Assembly (NCBI GenBank): GCA_963921275.4
Contig: OZ001293.3
Span: forward strand, 5,632,001-5,696,000
Length of the DNA: 64,000 nucleotides
Direction of reading: 5' to 3'
Source: an uncultured Hormoscilla sp.
Lineage (GTDB): Bacteria; Cyanobacteriota; Cyanobacteriia; Cyanobacteriales; Desertifilaceae
Shown here piece by piece: positions 56,559 to 64,000 of this stretch. The notes under the pieces were generated by a model, which worked only from the letters and a program-made list of their open reading frames with translations, had not been told where the DNA came from and made no database searches. Each line of letters begins with the position of its first letter. The first letter of the stretch is position 1. Both the position numbers and the translations under genes were made by a program.

Positions 56559-59500
56559 ATGGAGGGAGAGGGAGGAAGAAGACTCCCCCAGGCCAGAGCA
56601 GCGATCGCCCGCAAGCAACCCGATATTATCCTCTTGGATCTAGGCTTTCCCGAACAGGCAAAAAACGGGTTTCAACTGTTAGCGGAACAGACTCAATCCC
56701 CCGTGCCTGTGTTAGTATTTACTGATCGAGAGAGCTTGATTGACCGGGTAAAAGTGGCTCGTTTGGGAGCACGGGGCTTTCTCCAGAAACCTATATCTAC
56801 AGCGCAAATTATGGAGGCGATCGCTCAAGTTATGGAAAAAACGGACCCGACCGTGGCCAAGCTGCTGATTGTAGACGATGACCCTCAGATGCTAGACCTG
56901 CTGCGCGCAGTATTAGAACCTTGGGGATTTACAATCACCCTGCCAAACGACGCCAAGCAGTTCTGGAATACCCTAGAACAATCGGCTCCCGATTTGCTGA
57001 TTTTAAATGTAGAAATGCCAGAGTTTAGCGGGATAGACCTGTGCGTGCGATTCGTTTAGCGTAAACCTACTTGACACGTGTCAAGAAAGGGAGACCGCTA
57101 CCAGGGTTCCATTAGCCCCGAGAACTTACAGGTGATGGTGGTGAAAGTCCACTCCTTCAGGTGCAGAAGTGAAAGCACTATCCCTACGGTAGAAATGGCA
57201 TCAATCCGTAAAGCGGGATAGAAAGGCGCTATAACTGGCAGCCCAAAACCGGTCAACGCCGATTTTTCGCGCAGCGTGCAAGTAACATGATGAGCGAAAG
57301 CAAAGGTTTGCAGCGTCGTCACTATCAACCAGTGTAATAAGGCTGACACACTGGCCCAAAAGGGAAAGGATACTGGTCATTGGCGGATGTACAGCCGACC
57401 AATAAGCACTGACAACAAACCCGGCGTATAGAACCCATCTAAAGTTACGACCAATCATCTGTAGGAACGAAGTAAACCGGTTGTAGACTCTCCATCACCG
57501 GTCGATAGATGGAGTAGCCACCACAGGCGCAACATCTGCTTTCATCTGGCAGGTCACAACTGGGAAAGATTAAGTAGAGAAGCAAATGGCCACCGGTAAT
57601 AGGTGGTATAGGCTGACGCCCTCATGGTTTCGTCAATTGTGAAGTTGTAAGTAGCAGTGAATATGTCACGGAACATCGTCGATAGACAAGTGTATGACTG
57701 GAAGGCCGTCCCTTGGCGAAAGCTAGAAAGGGTAGTTTTTAAGCTGCAAAAACGAATTTACAGAGCGGCACAGGAAGGCAACTTGCAGTTAGTTCGCAAG
57801 CTCCAAGGGTTACTGAATAGGTCATGGTCCGCCAAGATGATAGCGGTTCGGCAGGTAACACAACAGAACCAGGGAAAGAAGACAGCTGGTGTGGATGGTG
57901 TAACAGCACTAACCCCAAAACAACGACAAGAACTGGTAGGTCAACTCAAAGTCACCAGAGAAGCAAAGGCAAAACCCACACGTCGAGTGTGGATACCCAA
58001 GCCAGGAAGGGACGAAAAGCGGCCACTAGTAAGACCGACGATACACGACCGCGCACTTCAGAGATTGGTCAAACAGTCGCTAGAGCCCGAATGGGAAGCG
58101 TACATGGAAGCCAACTCCTACGGATTCAGACGCCCGAGAGGATGCCACGATGCGATCGAAGCGATATTCAATAGCATCAGATACAAACCCAAGTGGGTTC
58201 TAGACGCCGATATTGCCAAATGTTTCGACAAAATTGACCACTCAGCACTCCTAGAGAAATTGAATACAACATCACCAATCCGTAGACAGATACGGGCATG
58301 GTTAAAAGCCGGAGTGATGGACCAGGGAATATGGCAGGACACAGAAGCCGGAACTCCTCAAGGTGGGGTAATATCACCACTGCTGGCCAATATAGCCCTA
58401 CATGGGTTGGAAAAGGTAGTGATGAGTCTTGCCCACACAAAGAGTGAGAAAAGTAAACTAACAATAGTCAGATACGCCGACGATTTTGTGGTAATGCACG
58501 ATGACCGGTCAATGATTGAGCGGGTACAAGGAGTAATTGAGGAGTGGTTAAGAGGGATAGGACTAGAGTTGAAAGCCGAGAAAACCCAAATATCTCACAC
58601 GCTAGAAGGAGAAAACTCAGGATTTGATTTCTTAGGGTTCAACATCCGACAATATGCAGTAGGGAAACACAGAAGCGGTAAACTCACCAACGGAACCCCC
58701 CTAGGATTCAAAACCCTAATCAAACCTAGCGATAAATCCATTAGGAATCATAAAGAGCAACTATCACAGATAGTTCGCCGCCATAAATCGACACCACAAA
58801 CAGCCTTGATAGCCAAACTAAACCCAATGATCAGGGGGTGGAGCAACTACTTCAAGACGGTGGTAAGTAAGTTTCCTTACACCGACATGGACAAATACCT
58901 ATGGGAGCTGCTATGGCAATGGGCAAAAAGAAGGCATCCCAACAAAACGGGCAAATGGATTGCCAGTAAATATTGGGCCATAACCGGGAAAGACCGGTGG
59001 AGGTTCACGGGCAAATCAAAAGAAAATGGAGAAATAAAGCTAAACCGGCACTCTGAAACTGAGATAATCAGACACACAAAGGTAAAAGGGACAGCTAGCC
59101 CGTTTGACGGTAACCTAGTCTACTGGAGCCAGAGATTAAGAAAGAGCCCGGACGTAAGCACGAGAGTGATTAACCTACTCAAGAGGCAGGAGGGCAAGTG
59201 CCAGCATTGCGGACTAACGTTTAAGAACGGCGACAAATGGGAAGTGGACCACATTCTGCCAACCTCACTGGGAGGAAAGGACTGGTACTCCAACCTACAG
59301 TTGCTACACGATTACTGCCATGATTATAAGTCTGCCAGAGATGGCAGCAAAGGCCGTATCCATGACAAGGATGACGAAACTGAGGAGCCGGATGAGGTGA
59401 AAGTCTCACGTCCGGTTTTGAAGACGAGTCGGTACGGTGACGTACTGGCTTAGTTTAATAAAGTAGTGCGCAATGACCCACATTGGAATGATTTGCCCGT

Positions 59501-60146
59501 GCTGTTTTTCTCAGCTCACACCGATGCCGAAACATTGCATCAGGTGTTTGCAGCTGGCGCCGATGACTACGTGCAAAAGCCAATTGTCCCACCAGAACTA
59601 ATCGCCCGGGTTATGAATCGACTGGAACGCAATCTCATGGGGCGCAAACTGTCGGAAACTGATGGGCTAACTGGTATTAAAAACCGGCGGAAATCGGGAC
59701 AGGAACTCACCCGCATGCTACATCTGGCAGAACGGCACAAACAGCCTTTCTGTTTGATGCTATTGGATTTAGATAAGTTCAAACAAGTCAATGACCAGCA
59801 CGGTCACGATGCAGGCGATCGAGTGTTGAGTCTTGTGGGAGAACTCCTGAAGCAAAACTTTCGCAGTGAAGATGTGGTGGGTCGCTGGGGCGGCGAGGAG
59901 TTTGTCGTTGGTCTCTACGGGACGACCAAAGATCGGGGCGTGGCACGACTGACAGCATTTCTGGAAAACCTGCGTCAGCACACATTTACCGATGCCGATC
60001 ATCACGAGTTTCATGTCACCTTCAGTGCGGGGGTGGCCGAGTATCCCCAGGATGGGACTGACCTGCAAGCACTCTATCGGGCCGCTGATACCATCCTCTA
60101 CCAAGCCAAGGCAGCAGGTCGAAATCGGGTATTACCCGTGCAATAA
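56559..60146 (+). CDS. Response regulator-diguanylate cyclase (REC-REC-GGDEF), interrupted by group II intron 4; exons 56559-57044 and 59460-60146
   Basis: Splicing joins ...EFSGIDLC to KVVRNDPHW... in frame. DLDKFKQVND and GRWGGEEF motifs. The first REC domain appears N-truncated. Confidence 0.88.
57045..59459 (+). mobile_element. Group II intron 4 (RT-encoding)
   Basis: 5' GTGCGATTCGTTTAG, domain V GAGCCGGATGAGGTGAAAGTCTCACGTCCGGTTT, 3' TAGTTTAAT. Boundaries agree with host frame restoration. Confidence 0.96.
57657..59453 (+). CDS. ltrA: Group II intron reverse transcriptase/maturase with HNH endonuclease
   Basis: 598 aa. PQGGVISPLLANI, YADD, HNH. Some conserved motifs are altered (RPLVRPT, FRRPRGC). 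Confidence 0.93.
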   Translation: MNMSRNIVDRQVYDWKAVPWRKLERVVFKLQKRIYRAAQEGNLQLVRKLQGLLNRSWSAKMIAVRQVTQQNQGKKTAGVDGVTALTPKQRQELVGQLKVTREAKAKPTRRVWIPKPGRDEKRPLVRPTIHDRALQRLVKQSLEPEWEAYMEANSYGFRRPRGCHDAIEAIFNSIRYKPKWVLDADIAKCFDKIDHSALLEKLNTTSPIRRQIRAWLKAGVMDQGIWQDTEAGTPQGGVISPLLANIALHGLEKVVMSLAHTKSEKSKLTIVRYADDFVVMHDDRSMIERVQGVIEEWLRGIGLELKAEKTQISHTLEGENSGFDFLGFNIRQYAVGKHRSGKLTNGTPLGFKTLIKPSDKSIRNHKEQLSQIVRRHKSTPQTALIAKLNPMIRGWSNYFKTVVSKFPYTDMDKYLWELLWQWAKRRHPNKTGKWIASKYWAITGKDRWRFTGKSKENGEIKLNRHSETEIIRHTKVKGTASPFDGNLVYWSQRLRKSPDVSTRVINLLKRQEGKCQHCGLTFKNGDKWEVDHILPTSLGGKDWYSNLQLLHDYCHDYKSARDGSKGRIHDKDDETEEPDEVKVSRPVLKTSRYGDVLA

Positions 60147-60224
60147 TTTGGTAAAATCAATATTAAATCGATCCAGGACTGATAAATGAAATGACATCCC
60201 CAGAACCACCGGTACGTACCTCCA

Positions 60225-60536
60225 ATGCCGATGAGGATGGCAATGCATCGCCATCTACTTACGGTTAGTCCAGAGACTTGCATCAAAGCGGCGATCGCCC
60301 TAATGAGTCAAGCACAAAGCAGTTGTGTCTTGATTGTAGAGGGATCGAGTCTGACTGGTATCTTTACAGAACGAGATTTGGTCAGATTAATTGCCTCGGG
60401 TACCTTGACAGAAGAGGCGACCGTTGATGGGGTGATGACCAGAGAACCGATCGCCTTGAGAGTTGATTGCTATGGCAATGAGCAATTACAAAAAGGTTTT
60501 AATCCCAGGAAAGTTAGAAATAATCGATCAATTTAG
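60225..60536 (+). pseudogene. CBS domain fragment
   Basis: LLTVSPET...AIALMSQ...LTGIFTERDLVRL...VMTREP, followed by unrelated sequence. Confidence 0.7.
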
Positions 60537-60547
60537 GAGGAGTGAAG

Positions 60548-60721
60548 ATGAATAATTACCCTTGCTGCTCTGATACAATGTTACGTCACATTCGCCATCA
60601 CGAAATCTATTGGTATTGTCCTTCCTGTAGGCAGGAAATGCCAAATTTCACAACATTGATTAGTAAGTCAAGCTTGTTAAGCAACATCGAGCTTGAGAAA
60701 AAACAGTCAACCATGGTATAA
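60548..60721 (+). CDS. Small Cys-rich (zinc-ribbon-like) protein, 57 aa
   Basis: AGGAGGAG RBS. Hand translation MNNYPCCSDTMLRHIRHHEIYWYCPSCRQEMP... Confidence 0.7.
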   Translation: MNNYPCCSDTMLRHIRHHEIYWYCPSCRQEMPNFTTLISKSSLLSNIELEKKQSTMV

Positions 60722-60795
60722 CTCTGGGATTTAAGTGCAAGTCCTGAACGGATTACGGATGACATTTGATGACAAAAAAACATTAACAAAATAAA

Positions 60796-62019
60796 ATGAC
60801 AAAGCAATCATTACCTGAGGAGAAGACTGAGAAAAATCTCTGCTGTTATGTGAATGGAAGGAGGCAGTGCGATTCGTTCCGACATAAGCCAGTAGGTGAA
60901 AGTCGGGTCTGGCTCTATCAGCCAGATAACTCTGGTTATCATGGGGGTTAAATTCCCTTTCCCCAGGTACGGGGGTCGAGGGTACTACCGGTCGGAGGTG
61001 CTACGGAGCCACATCGCCGTGGTGCCTCCCGAGGACTTAAATGTAGGATAACTGGCAGCCTAAGCCGGTGACGCCGCTAGGAAAGATGCTAATGGTTAGA
61101 ACAAGCGAACCTATGTAAACCTCGTTAACCAGAACCAGCGGAAGAAGGCTTATGCGCTTGCCCAAAAAGGGAAATGGTAGTTAGTATTAGCTCTTGCCTC
61201 TGGCTAATAACGTACTCAAAGAACTCCCGGGGTATAGTAGGAACCTAAAAGCATCGTGAAATGATACTAGGGAACGAAGTAACCTCTCGTGAGCTGTCCC
61301 CATTTGGACAAGTTAGATGTAAAGCGCAAGCCACGAAGAAGAAGGATGTCCTAAGAAGCTAACGCCCAGGGTAATGCCTGTGGATATGCAGACGTAGGAC
61401 GGATATGGTAAGACACCCTTGGGAAAAGTAACCTTAATGTCACAGAACTAGGGAGAAATTCCGAAAGTACGAATTTTGGATTCAAATCTTAGCCAGGTAA
61501 AGTTCAGAGCCCTTACGAAAAGCGGAAAGCAGAATGGGGAAGATGTTAGTAAAGAGCGGCGAGTATGGTTTGCTGAACTATCCTCCGCGAACCTTCCGCA
61601 GCTCAGTACTTAAACGGTCCAATAGGATTGACCATAAGGGGTAAAATTTCAAAGGGTAAGGGACAACGGGGGTAACCCCCAGTAATCCTACTGATGACAA
61701 CAGCTTACCAACCAGTAGCCGTGTGCGGTTCCAGTCGCTCTTCAGGTTTCGCTCTTGGAGGGTTGGGGAGTGATTCCCAGCTCGACCCCGACCATTGCTG
61801 GTGCTTCGGATCGCCAATATTCCCAATTGGTATTTTGAGCGAGTGGTTTTTCCCAAAGAGCGCTTATTGTTTGCAGCACCGCCAACAGCTAAGCTAGAAA
61901 TTCATCAGCACAACCATGATGGGACAACTCTATCAGATATTATTCCCTGCAAGTACTTGCGTGTTGATGAAGTCAGCCATAATAATAGAGCAATCGAGTT
62001 ATGCAGTTCTCCTGGTTAG
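60796..62019 (+). CDS. DUF1830-like protein interrupted by ORF-less group II intron 5; exons 60796-60866 and 61794-62019
   Basis: Spliced product ...NLCCYVNGRRQLLVLRIANIPNWYFERVVFPKERLLFAAPP... matches the family pattern. Confidence 0.85.
60867..61793 (+). ncRNA. ORF-less group II intron 5 (about 927 nt), domain V degenerate
   Basis: 5' GTGCGATTCGTT, long blocks shared with 43243-44077, 3' CTCGACCCCGACC. Confidence 0.9.
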
Positions 62020-62315
62020 GAGCGGGTTGGCGATCGCCAACCCGCTTAAAAATTACCTGATAGTAAAAAAGAGGAGGTAAAAGAAGCATGTTCCATGAAT
62101 TTGAAGGGGCTAAAGTCACGGCTTTTCAAATCAAGAAATGTCAGCCCCAGGAGTTGACAATTGTAGCCGATCGCGACAGCGCGGCGCCAGCCGTAGAATT
62201 GCTAGCATAGTTAAGGTTCAGAGAAGTCATAGATCCTGGTGGGCGGTGCTCGCCATACTAGCTAAAGAATGCGCTGCGCGCACGCTACGCGGACGCCTGG
62301 TGGGCGGTGCCCACC

Positions 62316-64000
62316 CTACGAGAAATTACGACGAGCAGCTGACAGCAGGAGGCGCTGTTCCCCACGGGAGATCGCCTGCCGGGTACGATCGACGGCATTA
62401 ATATCTACAGAAATGGAGGTGATACCCCAGCGCACTAAAGCATCTATTAATTCGGGATACATCGCCGGTGCCTGACTGCAGATAGAACAAGGAATTCCAG
62501 CTTGCCGTGCCATGGTAATTAACTGCTCGATCGCCCCCATGACAGCGGGATGACTAGCATTAAGATTACTTGCCAGGGGACCTAAGTCCCGATCAACCCC
62601 CAGCAACAGCTGAGTCAAATCATTGGTGCCAATAGCAATTCCCTGGACTCCAGCTTTAACATATTCGGGCAACAAAAATAAGATAGAAGGCACCTCGGCC
62701 ATGATCCAGAGTTGTAGAGAACGGAAAGCAAAGGTTTCTACCCGACGGCGACAAAAGGAAAACTCCTCTACCCTGCGCACAAAGGGCAAAATTAAGTTAA
62801 CATTGGTTAAACCCTCCTGGTGTAACCTGGCCAAAGCAGCTAGTTCCAGATCGAATAAAGTCGGATATAGCTGATAGCTGAGAGTCCCTCGCAAACCTAA
62901 TTCGTTTCTATCGCTGTCAGACCGCAAATCAAAAGAGCGATAAAATACTGGTCGGGGGGCAAAGGTAGCCGCAAACTTCCGCAGGATCTCCACCCATTGA
63001 TCGATCAACTCCGCCCCGCGACCCTGCTGCAACCACCACTTGGGATGCTTGTTCTCTAAAACCTCTGGGGCCATTAGTTCCGATCGCAATAATCCTACCC
63101 CATCCACGGGCAGGTCTTTGGCCCGTTCCAGAGAACTGGGTTGAGACAGGTTAACTAGCAGTTGCGTGGCAATGGGGTATGGAAAGTGCAAGTGACCGAC
63201 TGTGCTTGCCTGTGGGACTGGTACAAAGGAGTCTTCGATGTCTCCGGAGTAGTGCTCAGATGATGTCCCCTGGGTTTTGGCGATGTCTTCGGGGTTTTTG
63301 CGATGCATCCCGTCGCGCAGCGTGGCGCAGCCATAGACATCGGTCCGGGGGACATCAAGCTCTCCGGAGACATCGAAAGCCTCAACCTGATAAACTTCAC
63401 CTTTGTTGCCATCCATGAGTAATCTGGTGCCAGTGGAAATTACTTGCGTGGCATTACTGGCACCGAGAATGGCTGGGATACCCAATTCTCTGGCAACGAT
63501 CGCCCCGTGGCTAGTCAGTCCTCCCCGTTCCGCGATCGCCCCAGCAGCTTGTTTGAGTAGAGGCAAGTAATCAGTAGTGATTGCCCGCACTACCAAAATT
63601 GTACCCGACACGGCTGGCGCCGCGCTGCGCGATCCGACTGGCTCTCCGGGGTGGGAAAGCACCGTCGCAGGAGCGATCGCGCGTCCGGCCGCAGCGGCCA
63701 GTCCTCTGAGGACTAGCGTAGGAGATTTCGGATTATCCATTAGTTGGGGTCTGGGACTAGAGGGTGGGAGTACAGCATCATCTTTTTCTCTATTTTCCCC
63801 AGTCTCCCGTCTGGGAATTGTTTGCGTCAGCACAAGTTGCGGGTCGTTACCTGGTGCGAGTGAAGCCTGGACCGTCCATTCTAAAGTAAATCTAGGACTA
63901 AAGTCTGCTGCTATTCTAGTTGCGAGGGCAATTAGCTGTTGCAGGTAAGTTTGGTCTAGGGAATTGGTTGCGATTAGTTCCTCGCTGACTGTATAGCTTT
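62316..64000 (-). CDS. PEP synthase-like/PEP-utilising protein (5' end outside window), with nested repeat insertion
   Basis: GGLTSHGAIVARELGIP, DGVGLLRSE, IMAEVPS, AIGTNDLTQ. The frame is open to the window edge. Insert at 63234-63377. Confidence 0.88.
   Translation of the reverse strand, partial: SYTVSEELIATNSLDQTYLQQLIALATRIAADFSPRFTLEWTVQASLAPGNDPQLVLTQTIPRRETGENREKDDAVLPPSSPRPQLMDNPKSPTLVLRGLAAAAGRAIAPATVLSHPGEPVGSRSAAPAVSGTILVVRAITTDYLPLLKQAAGAIAERGGLTSHGAIVARELGIPAILGASNATQVISTGTRLLMDGNKGEVYQVEAFDVSGELDVPRTDVYGCATLRDGMHRKNPEDIAKTQGTSSEHYSGDIEDSFVPVPQASTVGHLHFPYPIATQLLVNLSQPSSLERAKDLPVDGVGLLRSELMAPEVLENKHPKWWLQQGRGAELIDQWVEILRKFAATFAPRPVFYRSFDLRSDSDRNELGLRGTLSYQLYPTLFDLELAALARLHQEGLTNVNLILPFVRRVEEFSFCRRRVETFAFRSLQLWIMAEVPSILFLLPEYVKAGVQGIAIGTNDLTQLLLGVDRDLGPLASNLNASHPAVMGAIEQLITMARQAGIPCSICSQAPAMYPELIDALVRWGITSISVDINAVDRTRQAISRGEQRLLLSAARRNFS

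Overview
Cyanobacterial chromosomal window: HIP1 (GCGATCGC) is very frequent, and psbK and psaM are present. The core genes are cobN, proS, dnaK, hsp20, dusB, tgt, psbK, psaM, phoU, an RNase R family gene, ubiX, aroK, argB, argF, an ABC ATPase and a PEP-utilising protein. They are interspersed with a decaying accessory region (toxin-antitoxin pairs, Uma2 copies, a sigma/DUF1822/CHAT module, an IS630 relic). Main observations: (1) Five group II introns lie within 40 kb. Three are paralogous RT-encoding copies and two are ORF-less copies of a second lineage, and each has an EBS1 loop matching its own insertion site. Two interrupt genes whose reading frames are restored by splicing (a GGDEF gene and a DUF1830-like gene). 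(2) A dense population of tiny hairpin elements has variable stems but conserved GTGCG-containing loops. They nest inside one another, sit in-frame in cobN, aroK and other genes, and also occur inside an IS, a MITE and the introns. (3) Paralog comparisons show hairpin-loop micro-inversions and a HIP1-bounded deletion. Product names come from my recognition of protein motifs, not database searches.
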